64,000 nt of DNA, from contig NZ_JAWUXR010000014.1 in assembly GCF_034111225.1 (NCBI RefSeq), positions 10,102 to 74,101 on the forward strand, in the 5' to 3' direction. Under the pieces are notes generated by a model. The model had not been told where the DNA came from. It was given only the letters and a program-made list of their open reading frames with translations, and searched no databases. Position 1 is the first letter of the stretch; every line of letters begins with the position of its first letter. Shown here one piece after another: positions 9,484-19,628 of the stretch. Origin of the DNA: Flavobacterium sp. (lineage in GTDB: Bacteria > Bacteroidota > Bacteroidia > Flavobacteriales > Flavobacteriaceae). The position numbers and the translations under genes were made by a program.

Positions 9484-10979
9484 TTTCGGGCTACTATTTG
9501 TTTCGCGTGTTGTAATAAGGTTTTGAAATTCTTATTTTTTATTAAAAGAGCCACAAATACAATAAAACAAAGAGTAAAAATAGTAATAAATATAAAATCA
9601 ACTGTATAATTTAATAGATATCGATATAAAGAAAGACATCCGAAAGAGGCTAAAGGTGAGGCGACACAAATAAAAACAAAATCTTGCTTCCCTAAAACCG
9701 TCTTTAAGGCTATTGAATTAAGTTTATGATATGATTGTAGTATAATTATAGAACTTACCAAAAAAGACACATTCCAAGCAATTACAACACCATAACCATT
9801 ATATACACTCCCTAATAAAAAACCCAATAATGGATTTAAAATACTTATTGCAAAATAAGAGTAAATAAGCCAGTTTAATTTCCCTTCGCCTAAATAACTA
9901 AAATAAGCAGGATTGCTTAATATGTTGATAAAAACTACAACACTATTTAATATTACTACAAATACAAAAAATGGAATTAATTTACCAATCCACAAGTAGG
10001 AAACTAATGGGGCAAAAATTATAACCCCAGTAATTAAAAGAATATCAAAAAATAAAACTATTGAAAAAGACTTAATGTAAAGTTCTTTGACATAACCTTC
10101 ATTAGTCTCTTTTGCACCAGCAACAACAGGAATTACTACTTGATTTGCACTAACAATTAAACTTCTTAATTGAGTTACTAACCTGCTAGCCATTTCATAA
10201 TACCCAACCATACTTAATCCACCAAATTTACTTAGCAATCCTTTTGTAATAGGCTCAAAAGACATTTGCATAATTGATAATGCTTGCATTTTTAAACCAT
10301 AATTAATAATTTCTTTAAATAATTTTTTTGACCAATTCCAACGTAATGAAACTACGCCTTGTAAATAATTATTTAAGAAAAATAATGAAGCTATTAATAC
10401 AACAATACCTTGTGCAATTTGTGCAAAAACTAAGCCTTTAAGTCCATAATTAGGAGTCAACAGAACGCTTAATAGGAATAATAAAACAGCTGTAAAACTT
10501 AAAATATAACTTTTAATATAATTTTTTTGAATTCCATCTAAACTACTACTAATAACACCACCCAAGGCATTTATTATTAAGCTGATTAATGAAAAAGGCA
10601 ATATTTCTAAGGCTATGGATAAATACTTAGGCTCAATAAAATAAGGTAGAATGGAATTCCCTAAAAACAATAAAACGATTGAAATAAAAGAATAAGTAAG
10701 AATTATAAAGACTGATGATGTGAACAATAATTTTTTTAAGCTTTCAATATCGGAACGAGCGTGATAAGTTGCTACAAATTTGATTATACTAGTACTTATA
10801 CCAAAATTTGCTATTAACGCTAATGAAGTTGAAGCAATTATAAGAGACCACACACCTAACAATTCTATTCCAATAGTATTTAAAAGGTATTTGTACAAAA
10901 CTAAATATACAACCCCCACAATTACCACTTGTGCAATTGCCATTATAGAATTGAATACTATTTTTGATTTTTGCACCAA
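9480..10979 (-). CDS. wzx: polysaccharide flippase (Wzx/MOP family)
   Basis: About 12-14 TM helices; LGVWSL...NFGISTSIIKFVA and GYYEMASRL patterns; TTG/GTG start. Confidence 0.85.
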   Translation of the reverse strand: MVQKSKIVFNSIMAIAQVVIVGVVYLVLYKYLLNTIGIELLGVWSLIIASTSLALIANFGISTSIIKFVATYHARSDIESLKKLLFTSSVFIILTYSFISIVLLFLGNSILPYFIEPKYLSIALEILPFSLISLIINALGGVISSSLDGIQKNYIKSYILSFTAVLLFLLSVLLTPNYGLKGLVFAQIAQGIVVLIASLFFLNNYLQGVVSLRWNWSKKLFKEIINYGLKMQALSIMQMSFEPITKGLLSKFGGLSMVGYYEMASRLVTQLRSLIVSANQVVIPVVAGAKETNEGYVKELYIKSFSIVLFFDILLITGVIIFAPLVSYLWIGKLIPFFVFVVILNSVVVFINILSNPAYFSYLGEGKLNWLIYSYFAISILNPLLGFLLGSVYNGYGVVIAWNVSFLVSSIIILQSYHKLNSIALKTVLGKQDFVFICVASPLASFGCLSLYRYLLNYTVDFIFITIFTLCFIVFVALLIKNKNFKTLLQHAKQIVARK

Positions 10980-11927
10980 TTATAATTTATAATTTAAAAT
11001 AAATTTTTCCATTTGAGTCACCCTATTATCCCAATTATGAAACTCTTTTACAGTTTGATAATTTTTTTCTATTAAAGGGACATAGTTTTCAAAGTTATTT
11101 AATATTTCTTCTATTTGCTTTATTGGGTCAGCCTCATCTATTTCAATAATAGGATTATAATCAAAAACCGCCAACATGTCTGAAGGTAATTTACCTAAAA
11201 TTAAGCATTTTGAAGCCATAGATTGTAAATACCTATTTGTAATAGTTGAAATGTTTCCTGAAATTTCGGGATGAGTAATGTTTGAAGGAACACAAATTGA
11301 TATTTTAGAGTTTGCCAACCCCCATAAAAAGTCTTCTCTTGTTTTAAAAATAATTTGCCCTCTTACCTTTTCATATTTATAAGTAAAATTCTCTTCAATA
11401 GGTAAAATTCTCTCATGAAACTCATTCCACTTTCTTCCTAATTGCAGTACATCAGTTGTTCTATTATTGTAGTTTACAAACTTATACTGAGAGTAATCTA
11501 CTGCTTCAGGAATCCAATGTGATTTGAAATTAGGAATATTTAACGCATTAAAATATTCTGAAGATTGCTTACTAGCAGTAAAAACTATGTTTATTTTATA
11601 CTGTCTAATGGTTTTTTCAATTTCATCAAATAATGGCTCCCAAGCATCATACATCCAAAGAACCTTTAATCGAGAGTGATAATGGAAATAAGGAAAGAAT
11701 TTCTCTTTTTGGTAACCAATTACAACGTAAGTTTCCTTTTTTGTAATTGGAAAAAGTAATGGAGGAAACACCTTTAAAAATTGACGAATACAAATAGCCC
11801 AAAAAGAGTTCACACCATTTTTGATGTTCCAATTGGGCTTTTTGGCAATGCTTTTTTCAAACTCATGATACAAATCCATAGAAACATGGTTTTTGTAGTT
11901 GGTTTTAACCAAAGTAAATGGTTTCAT
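10980..11927 (-). CDS. putative glycosyltransferase (CgeB/Glyco_trans_1_2-like C-terminus)
   Basis: LANSKISICVP, TNRYLQSMASKCLILG, FHNWDNRV resemble the GT-B C-terminal domain. Confidence 0.6.
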   Translation of the reverse strand: MKPFTLVKTNYKNHVSMDLYHEFEKSIAKKPNWNIKNGVNSFWAICIRQFLKVFPPLLFPITKKETYVVIGYQKEKFFPYFHYHSRLKVLWMYDAWEPLFDEIEKTIRQYKINIVFTASKQSSEYFNALNIPNFKSHWIPEAVDYSQYKFVNYNNRTTDVLQLGRKWNEFHERILPIEENFTYKYEKVRGQIIFKTREDFLWGLANSKISICVPSNITHPEISGNISTITNRYLQSMASKCLILGKLPSDMLAVFDYNPIIEIDEADPIKQIEEILNNFENYVPLIEKNYQTVKEFHNWDNRVTQMEKFILNYKL

Positions 11928-11944
11928 AGGTTTGAAATATAAAA

Positions 11945-13111
11945 TTATAATGAAGTTAGAACTTTATGTAAATGATAAATTTCTTCAGTTAAATTGACTT
12001 GGTGATTCCCTACGAAGAAACCATTTTTATCTAGATATTGTGCATTTTTCATTTCCCCAAAAATTTCATAGTCAAAATACTTCAACACTTCGTTTTTAGT
12101 AAAATCCCCAGTTACAATAGGTCTACAATCGATATGATTTTCTTCTAATGCTTTTACAATTGCTTCTCTTTTTAATTTAGATGTTGGTTTAATGATAAAA
12201 CTAAACCCAAACCAACTGCTATTGTCAATATCTTTTTGAATGAAGAAATTGTCATTATTTTTAAATAACGAAACGAATAACTCAGCATTTTTTCTTCTTT
12301 GGTCTAAAAATGAAGGTAATTTGATTAATTGCTCAACACCAATTACGCCACTCATTTCAATAGGTCTAACATTATATCCGGGCAATAAAAAGCGGAATGA
12401 TTCCTCAAAATTATTATCACTTTTGTTTGAAACAAAATTTACTTTTGGTAAATGTCTTGTCCAGCCATGTGCACGTAAACATACCATAACGTGGTACATT
12501 TCTTCATCGTCAGTGACAATTAAACCACCTTCCATTGTCGCCATATGATGGGAGAAGAAGGTAGAATATGAACCTACTAAACCAAAAGTTCCCGTTTGCT
12601 TTCCTTTAAATTCAGCACCCATCGATTCGCAATTATCTTCCATTAAAATAATATCACGCGAACCAATAATGTTATTAATAGCATCAAAATCATTTGGATT
12701 CCCCAATAAATTCACTGCTAAAATCATTTTAGTATCTTCAGTAACGGCTGCTTTTAATTGGTCTAAGTCAAAATTTAACGTATGTAAATCTACATCAACA
12801 AATTTTAGTTTTAAGCCATATTGATATAAAGGGTAATAAGTAGTTGACCAAGAAACTGCAGGAACAATAACCTCGTCACCGCGTTTTAACTTTGGATTTT
12901 TTGTGTAAAACAAAGCAGCAACTGCAATTAAATTTGCAGAAGAACCTGAATTGACCATTACAGCATATTTTGAACCAACAAATTTCGCAAAATTGTCTTC
13001 AAATTGCTTGACACCTTCACCCATAGTGTACATGTCTTTTGCAATAACGCCATTAATGGCTTCTATTTCTTTTTCATCCCAAGTTGAGGATGCTAATGGA
13101 TATTTAATCAT
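11945..13111 (-). CDS. colD: GDP-4-keto-6-deoxy-D-mannose 3-dehydratase (ColD; DegT/DnrJ family)
   Basis: [12 protein letters not shown] start, NSGSSANL, EDNCES; FFSHHMATMEGG has His where aminotransferases have the PLP Lys; ATG 13111 coupled to the upstream stop. Confidence 0.88.
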   Translation of the reverse strand: MIKYPLASSTWDEKEIEAINGVIAKDMYTMGEGVKQFEDNFAKFVGSKYAVMVNSGSSANLIAVAALFYTKNPKLKRGDEVIVPAVSWSTTYYPLYQYGLKLKFVDVDLHTLNFDLDQLKAAVTEDTKMILAVNLLGNPNDFDAINNIIGSRDIILMEDNCESMGAEFKGKQTGTFGLVGSYSTFFSHHMATMEGGLIVTDDEEMYHVMVCLRAHGWTRHLPKVNFVSNKSDNNFEESFRFLLPGYNVRPIEMSGVIGVEQLIKLPSFLDQRRKNAELFVSLFKNNDNFFIQKDIDNSSWFGFSFIIKPTSKLKREAIVKALEENHIDCRPIVTGDFTKNEVLKYFDYEIFGEMKNAQYLDKNGFFVGNHQVNLTEEIYHLHKVLTSL

Positions 13112-14039
13112 GTAAAACAACGTTTTTAAAATATTCGACCGTTTTTTTAATTCCTTCTTCTAAAGAGGTTTGATGTTGCCAGCCAAATTTCTTTAACTTA
13201 GAGTCATCAATCAACTTTTGTTTCATGCCTATAGGCTTGCTTAAATCGTGAATAAATGTACCTTCAAAACCAATCACTTTTGCAATGGTTTCATAATATT
13301 CATTAATGGTATAATCAAAACCTAAACCTACATTTATATTTTGCGGCATAGTTTCAAAATGATTCAACGCATAAAAAACAAAATCGGCTAAATCACCTGT
13401 ATACATAAACTCACGTCTGGCTAAACCATCACCCCAAATATCAATAGAAGCGGCATTTTTTTCTTTAGCTTCCACTATTTTTTTAATTACGGCTGGAACC
13501 ATGTGTGAATGTTCAGGCGAAAACTTATCATATTTTCCATATAAATTACATGGAATTACCGTTTTGTATTGAAGTACTGGATTTTCTTTTACTATATATT
13601 CACACAAACGAGTAGCAACCACTTTTGCAATAGCATATCCTTCGTTTGTAGGCTCTAATTCTCCTTTTAATATCAATTCTTCTTGTAACGGATTTTGCGC
13701 TGCTCTAGGGTACATACAAGAACTTGCCATGTTCATAAACTGTTTGACACCATTTTCTTTTGCGGCCATAATAATGTTTCTGCCCATATCTAAATTATAG
13801 ACTAGAAAATCAACCGGGCGTGCCATATTTGCTTGAATTCCGCCTACCAAACCCGCAGCATGAATAATGCAATCGGGTTGGTGTTTTTGGATATACGCAT
13901 TTACAGTATTATAATCGCGTAAATTTAATTCTTTACTAGAAGGCGCTAATAAAATGTGCTGACTAGCTTCTGGATGTTCCAAAATATTTTTACCCACCAT
14001 TCCGTTACCACCGGTAATTAAAATCTTCATTTTACTCAT
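13104..14039 (-). CDS. colC: GDP-L-colitose/GDP-L-fucose synthase family epimerase-reductase
   Basis: [34 protein letters not shown]; lies between gmd and colD. Confidence 0.75.
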   Translation of the reverse strand: MSKMKILITGGNGMVGKNILEHPEASQHILLAPSSKELNLRDYNTVNAYIQKHQPDCIIHAAGLVGGIQANMARPVDFLVYNLDMGRNIIMAAKENGVKQFMNMASSCMYPRAAQNPLQEELILKGELEPTNEGYAIAKVVATRLCEYIVKENPVLQYKTVIPCNLYGKYDKFSPEHSHMVPAVIKKIVEAKEKNAASIDIWGDGLARREFMYTGDLADFVFYALNHFETMPQNINVGLGFDYTINEYYETIAKVIGFEGTFIHDLSKPIGMKQKLIDDSKLKKFGWQHQTSLEEGIKKTVEYFKNVVLHD

Positions 14040-15117
14040 ACAATCTTACAGAGTCACGATCTTTAAAACGAACTACATATTTTAAATCGTGTTCCATCAT
14101 AATAGAAACTAATTTTTCGATAGAAGTACGACTTGGATCCCAGCCTAATTGTGTTCTTGCTTTCGTTGGGTCACCTAATAAACTTTCTACTTCTGCTGGG
14201 CGATAATAGTTTTCATCTACTTCAATAAGTATTTTACCAGTGGCTTTGCAAATTCCTTTTTCATTTTCTGCACTTCCTTGCCATTCTAATTCAATTCCAG
14301 CTTCTCTAAATGCTAATTCACAAAAATAGCGAACAGAATACTGAACACCTGTTCCTATTACATAATCTTCTGGAGTATCTTGTTGCAACATCAACCACAT
14401 ACATTCTACATAATCTTTTGCATAACCCCAGTCGCGTAAAGAATCTAGGTTTCCTAAATATAATTTATCTTGAATACCGTGTTTGATACGTGAAGCAGAA
14501 AGTGTGATTTTTCGAGTAACGAAAGTTTCACCTCTTCTTTCAGATTCATGATTGAATAGAATTCCATTTACAGCATACATGTCATATGATTCACGGTAAT
14601 TTTTCGTTATCCAATACGCATATAATTTTGCCACACCATAAGGAGATCTTGGGTAAAAAGGCGTAGTCTCTTTTTGAGGCACTTCTTGCACTTTACCATA
14701 TAATTCTGATGTAGAGGCTTGATAAATTCGTGTAGTTTTTTCTAAACCACATATACGAATGGCTTCTAGCAAACGCAATGTTCCCACTGCATCAGTTTCG
14801 GCAGTATATTCAGGCATATCAAACGAAACTTTTACATGCGATTGAGCTGCTAAATTATAAATCTCTTCTGGTTTTATTTGCTGTACTAAACGAATTAAAT
14901 TCGTTGAGTCAGTCATATCACCATAATGTAATTTTATCTTTTTATCAATATGTAAATCTTGTAACAGAGAATCTATATACAAATGTTCTATACGCTCAGT
15001 ATTAAAGGTTGAGCTCCTTCTTATTATTCCATGAACCTCATATCCTTTTTCAACTAATAATTCAGCTAAATATGACCCATCTTGTCCATTAATACCTGTT
15101 ATTAAAGCTTTTTTCAT
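14032..15117 (-). CDS. gmd: GDP-mannose 4,6-dehydratase
   Basis: [40 protein letters not shown]; start set at MKKALIT (15117). Confidence 0.96.
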   Translation of the reverse strand: MKKALITGINGQDGSYLAELLVEKGYEVHGIIRRSSTFNTERIEHLYIDSLLQDLHIDKKIKLHYGDMTDSTNLIRLVQQIKPEEIYNLAAQSHVKVSFDMPEYTAETDAVGTLRLLEAIRICGLEKTTRIYQASTSELYGKVQEVPQKETTPFYPRSPYGVAKLYAYWITKNYRESYDMYAVNGILFNHESERRGETFVTRKITLSASRIKHGIQDKLYLGNLDSLRDWGYAKDYVECMWLMLQQDTPEDYVIGTGVQYSVRYFCELAFREAGIELEWQGSAENEKGICKATGKILIEVDENYYRPAEVESLLGDPTKARTQLGWDPSRTSIEKLVSIMMEHDLKYVVRFKDRDSVRLYE

Positions 15118-15141
15118 TGCAATCTTTTTAAGAAATAAATA

Positions 15142-15211
15142 CAAATATATCTTTTTAAAAGTAAAAGAATAATTTAATGAAGAATATATTACTATTTTTG
15201 GGCTATATTTG
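15142..15211. promoter_or_regulatory. divergent -7 elements for gmd operon and wzy-like gene
   Basis: TATATTTG on - strand (15142-15149) and + strand (15204-15211); extra TATTTTTG at 15193-15200. Confidence 0.6.
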
Positions 15212-15229
15212 ATAGTTAAATAAGTAGTT

Positions 15230-16474
15230 TTGATTTCCAAAAAACATTTTTATTCCTGTATTTTTTCAATTATTATTTTATGTGAGATATATTTACCTTC
15301 ATATAAATTAAATTTTGGTATCCAAGGCTTAACGCTCATTTTATTACTCCTTAACTCTAAGCCAATTATTTCAGTTAAAACGTTAAAACTCATAACTCCA
15401 TTGTTTTTAATTTTTGGGATAGGCTTTATAAGTTTAATTTTTAATAAGTATACTGTTTCAAATATATTAAAAGATATTACTTACTTTTTAAAACCAATAA
15501 TTGCATTACTTGCTAGTTATTTTTTAGTAAGAAAAATTAATGATTTCGAATTTTTTTTAAAAAACGTCTTGTATTTAGGTGTTTTTACAGCTTTTATACA
15601 TTTAACTGGTGTTTTTGTTGTTGGTGACTTTATTAATAACTCTATTAATTCTATAAGAGGAGATTTCGGCTTTGATAACTTCATAGAGATATTTTCATTA
15701 TATATATTAATTTTTTATAAAAAAATTTTAAAAGTTAATTTGATAGAAAATAGAACGTATAGAAATACGATAATTTTTATATTGTTATCTTCTATTATAT
15801 TGTATTTTTCTAGAACAATGTTGGTTACATTTGCTTTAGTTGGTTTTTCCATGTTTGGATATGCAAAAATCACTAAAAATACGATGAAAATAATTGGCGT
15901 TATGATTATTTTATTTGGGTTATTTTTCGCGTACCTACATACAATGAAAATTGACAGAAATTCTCCGGGACTTGAAGGTTTTTTGTATAAAATTAAAATA
16001 TCTCCCGAAGAAATTTTTAAAACAAAAATCAACAGAGATGACCATAAAGACTTATGGGATCATTGGAGAGGGTATGAGGCTAAAAGAGCTTTAGCTCTTT
16101 TAAACGAAAAACCTGTGAGCTATTTAACAGGAACAGGTTTTGGCTCTATGGTTAATTTAAAATTTAAAGCCCCCTTAGGAGAAAACGGAATGAAGTACAT
16201 TTCAAGGTTGCATAATGGGTATGTTTTTACTTTTTACAAGACTGGTTTTTTTGGACTACTATTATTACTTATTTTTTTGGTTAATTTATACATTAAAGTA
16301 TATGTATCAAACTTTCAAGCTCCAAAAATTGTGTTTACAAAAAAATTCATTTCCTCAATAGGTTTGTTTTATATATTTAGCACGTTAATTATAACAGGTA
16401 TTTTTATACCAGCAGATGCTATAATATTTATATTGGGAGGTTTTTTGTTTTTTAATGAAAATAAAATTACTTAG
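15230..16474 (+). CDS. Wzy/O-antigen polymerase-like integral membrane protein
   Basis: 414 aa, many TM helices; YFSRT, large periplasmic loop (WRGYE) and HNGY motif of the Wzy_C/WaaL type; TTG start. Confidence 0.65.
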   Translation: MISKKHFYSCIFSIIILCEIYLPSYKLNFGIQGLTLILLLLNSKPIISVKTLKLITPLFLIFGIGFISLIFNKYTVSNILKDITYFLKPIIALLASYFLVRKINDFEFFLKNVLYLGVFTAFIHLTGVFVVGDFINNSINSIRGDFGFDNFIEIFSLYILIFYKKILKVNLIENRTYRNTIIFILLSSIILYFSRTMLVTFALVGFSMFGYAKITKNTMKIIGVMIILFGLFFAYLHTMKIDRNSPGLEGFLYKIKISPEEIFKTKINRDDHKDLWDHWRGYEAKRALALLNEKPVSYLTGTGFGSMVNLKFKAPLGENGMKYISRLHNGYVFTFYKTGFFGLLLLLIFLVNLYIKVYVSNFQAPKIVFTKKFISSIGLFYIFSTLIITGIFIPADAIIFILGGFLFFNENKIT

Positions 16475-17621
16475 TAAGTTTGTCGTATTCAGATTTTATT
16501 CCTTCAATAAATTTTCCAGTATTAAACTTTTCAACAACTCTCAAGTAACCATTTTCACCAAATATTCCTCTTTTTTCTTCAGATTGGATAAGCTCATCTA
16601 GTTTTTGAGCTAAGTCGTCAATGTTATTTGGTTCAAAAAGAAAACCGGTATGATTATGAACAACGATTTCAGAAAGGCCTCCGTGATTTGCTGCAACAAC
16701 AGGTTTTGCAGAAAGCATTGATTCAGTTGCCACTAAACCAAATGATTCTTTTTCCTTTGATGGAACTACAGAAATGTCAATTGAATCATAATAAGGCCAA
16801 ATATCTTCTTTAAAATCAATAAATGTAATGTGATTTTGTAATGATTCTTTATTAATCAAAGCGTTGATTTTTTTTAAAAAACTTTCTTTTCCCAAAACGG
16901 TTGATCCTATAAATACTAAATGAATGTTTTTATGCTTTTTCAATAAAACAGAAAAAGCCTTAATCATAAGATCTTGCCCTTTTATTTCACTTATTCTGCC
17001 AACCAGTCCAATGATAATTTTTTCGTCCTTAGTAATTGACTGTCTAATTAACTTTATTTTTTCAAATGATGTCTTTTGCGAAGTTCTTTCTTGTCCATTG
17101 TAAATAAGAATGGATTTAGGACTTATATTTGGTTTAATAGATGTAAAATGCTTTTCTGTTGCCATTGAATTAAAAACAATTCTATTAGCAAAAAAACTTA
17201 TAACTTTAGGATAAACTAAGGCTATTCTTTTTGGCTTCTCTATTATCTCATGTACATGCCATAAGTGCGGTATCCTAAAGAAAAACGCATAAAATGCTCC
17301 AATAAAAACCGAGGTAGCATTTGAATGAATAACACTTATTTTTTGCCCATTTAGCTGTTTTTGAATATTTCTTATTGAAGAAAAAATTTCAAACGGAAGG
17401 TTTAGTAAAAAGGAAGGTTTTAATATACCTCTTTTTACTTTAATAACAGAACTTTTAATTACTTGAATGTTTTTTTTTTCAAGCAACTCTTTCAAAGGAC
17501 CTTCCTCGTGAAGAACAACAATCGGATTGTAATCTTTTGGAAAGTTTTCAATTAATTCTAAGATTACTTTATCAGCACCATACAATTCAGCAGATTGATT
17601 AATAATTAAGACATTTTTCAT
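16467..17621 (-). CDS. GT4 glycosyltransferase
   Basis: LYGAD, WHVHE, VGRISEIKGQ, ESFGLVATESM motifs. Confidence 0.9.
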   Translation of the reverse strand: MKNVLIINQSAELYGADKVILELIENFPKDYNPIVVLHEEGPLKELLEKKNIQVIKSSVIKVKRGILKPSFLLNLPFEIFSSIRNIQKQLNGQKISVIHSNATSVFIGAFYAFFFRIPHLWHVHEIIEKPKRIALVYPKVISFFANRIVFNSMATEKHFTSIKPNISPKSILIYNGQERTSQKTSFEKIKLIRQSITKDEKIIIGLVGRISEIKGQDLMIKAFSVLLKKHKNIHLVFIGSTVLGKESFLKKINALINKESLQNHITFIDFKEDIWPYYDSIDISVVPSKEKESFGLVATESMLSAKPVVAANHGGLSEIVVHNHTGFLFEPNNIDDLAQKLDELIQSEEKRGIFGENGYLRVVEKFNTGKFIEGIKSEYDKLTK

Positions 17622-17628
17622 GATTTAA

Positions 17629-18405
17629 TTATTGATTTTTAGCAGTACCACTTCCAAAAAGTTTGTTTTTAGTTTGAACTAAAAAATTATAATTTTTTGC
17701 CAACTGTTTTTTAAAAAAAGAAGCATCATCTTTTGGAAACCAATCTGTAGTTCTTGGAGCTTCTAAAATCCTGTTATGAATTTGATAAGCATAAGTTGCA
17801 ATTGACGTCCTAAACTTCCCTTCAGGAAAATTAGTCATGTCATACCCATGTAATGTATAAGGGGCACATTGTTGAATTACCATTCTATTGAACGGAACGT
17901 CAATTTCATTTTCTTCGTTAGTTCTTAAATCTTTAATTTTTAAACCGCCTTTATATTCAGGTTTCCATTCTTTATTTAAGTATAGCAATAAATTAAGTTC
18001 TCTATACCAGTTTTTATTAATTGGATGGTAATTAAAGTCTAAATGCATGTCTAGAAAACTATTCTTCTTACCTTGATGTAAGCCTCCGCCATGATTTTTA
18101 GGATCAACAAAAATTTTCTTTGCAGTAATGAAGGATAGAATTGCATTAAACCTTTCTGAAGACAAATCATTATATAGTTCTTCTAACTCAGGTGCAATAA
18201 CTTTGTAGTTAGACTTTTCAAATTTATTATTTGCAAAAGCATAATCACGACTTTTATTTTCTAATTCTGGAATAGCATTATGTGCTCTAGTTAGTTTAGT
18301 AACGTCACAAAAATCATCTATTACTAAATATGGAAAAGGTTGTGCGGATAAATATTGAGACCTTAGTTGATTTAGGTTTTGTTCTAAGTAGTTAAAGTTA
18401 ATCAT
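17629..18405 (-). CDS. 2OG-Fe(II) oxygenase (prolyl-hydroxylase-like)
   Basis: GGGLH, HLD (HxD), NLLLYLN, distal His in TLHG, RTSIA co-substrate motif. Confidence 0.85.
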   Translation of the reverse strand: MINFNYLEQNLNQLRSQYLSAQPFPYLVIDDFCDVTKLTRAHNAIPELENKSRDYAFANNKFEKSNYKVIAPELEELYNDLSSERFNAILSFITAKKIFVDPKNHGGGLHQGKKNSFLDMHLDFNYHPINKNWYRELNLLLYLNKEWKPEYKGGLKIKDLRTNEENEIDVPFNRMVIQQCAPYTLHGYDMTNFPEGKFRTSIATYAYQIHNRILEAPRTTDWFPKDDASFFKKQLAKNYNFLVQTKNKLFGSGTAKNQ

Positions 18406-18430
18406 AGTAATTTTCTATTTCAAGAGAAAA

Positions 18431-18520
18431 CAAATTTAATAATATTAAAAACAATAATAACTGATTTAGGAATAAAATAAACTTAAATCGTTTGAATTCA
18501 TTATTTAGTTTTTATTTTTG
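18431..18520. promoter_or_regulatory. divergent promoters for the oxygenase-GT4 and GT-ligase operons
   Basis: TAAATTTG on - strand (18431-18438); TTTG-N18-TATTTTTG on + strand (18491-18520). Confidence 0.65.
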
Positions 18521-18539
18521 TTAAAGATAAATTAATAAA

Positions 18540-19628
18540 ATGAGGATAGGGATACTTGGAACAAGAGGGATACCAAATTATTACGGAGGATTTGAACAGT
18601 TTGCCGAATTTTTTTCTGTATTTCTTGCAAAAAATGGACATGAAGTATCTGTATACAATTCTCACAATCACCCTTGTCAAGAAAAGGAGTTTAATGGAGT
18701 GAAAATCATTCATTGTTTTGATCCAGAATATAAAATTGGTACAATTGGCCAATTTGTATATGATTATAACTGTATAAAAGATTCTAATAAAAGAAAGTTC
18801 GACATTATACTTCAATTAGGCTACACAAGTAGTTCTGTTTGGTATTCTTTACACCCTAAAGATACAGTTGTGATAACAAACATGGATGGTCTAGAGTGGA
18901 AAAGAACTAAATACTCAAAACTTGTTAGAAAGGCATTGTTACTTGCCGAGAAAAGAGCTGTTAAAAAAAGCAACTTTTTAATTTCGGATTCATTAGGCAT
19001 ACAAAAGTACATTTCTAATAAATATAAAAAAGAGTCACAATATATAGCTTATGGAGCAAACGTATTTAAGAAGCCAGATATAAATATATTGTCTGAATAT
19101 GAATTAATCAAAGATGATTTTAATATGATTATGGCTCGTTTTGAGCCTGAAAACAATATTGAGATGGTTTTAGACGGGGTTGTGCTTTCAAAAACTACAA
19201 CACCAACAATTGTAATTGGTAACTATAACACTAAATACGGTTGTTTTTTAAAAGAAAAATTTAAAAGTTATTTAAATATCAAATTTTTAGGCGCAATCTA
19301 TAACTTAGAACATTTAAATAATTTGAGGTTTTTTTCTTCTGTTTATTTTCACGGTCATACGGTAGGAGGTACAAACCCATCTCTTTTAGAGGCAATGTCA
19401 TCTCAAGCATTAATTGTTGCTCATGATAATGATTTCAATAAAGGAGTGCTAAAAGAGAATGCTTTTTATTTTTCAAACTCTATAGATGTAAAAAATATTT
19501 TATTAACTACAAAAAAAAGTGATAACTTGCAGTTTATAAAGAATAACCTAGAAGCGATTCAATCTGATTTTAATTGGGATAAAATAAATGAACAATATTT
19601 ACAATTTTTTCAAAAATGTTTACAATAA
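18540..19628 (+). CDS. GT4 DUF1972-domain glycosyltransferase (WchF/Cps2T rhamnosyltransferase-like)
   Basis: GTRGIPNYYGGFE, NMDGLEWKR, ARFEPENN, HGHTVGGTNPSLLEAM. Confidence 0.88.
   Translation: MRIGILGTRGIPNYYGGFEQFAEFFSVFLAKNGHEVSVYNSHNHPCQEKEFNGVKIIHCFDPEYKIGTIGQFVYDYNCIKDSNKRKFDIILQLGYTSSSVWYSLHPKDTVVITNMDGLEWKRTKYSKLVRKALLLAEKRAVKKSNFLISDSLGIQKYISNKYKKESQYIAYGANVFKKPDINILSEYELIKDDFNMIMARFEPENNIEMVLDGVVLSKTTTPTIVIGNYNTKYGCFLKEKFKSYLNIKFLGAIYNLEHLNNLRFFSSVYFHGHTVGGTNPSLLEAMSSQALIVAHDNDFNKGVLKENAFYFSNSIDVKNILLTTKKSDNLQFIKNNLEAIQSDFNWDKINEQYLQFFQKCLQ

Noticed and set aside
15142-15211. CAAATATA...TATATTTG as invertible-promoter repeats
   Set aside because: Fully explained as two back-to-back -7 elements; only 8 bp and no recombinase in the window
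15118-15240. 41-aa N-terminal extension of Gmd
   Set aside because: Runs across the divergent promoters into the wzy-like start; the family starts at MKKALIT
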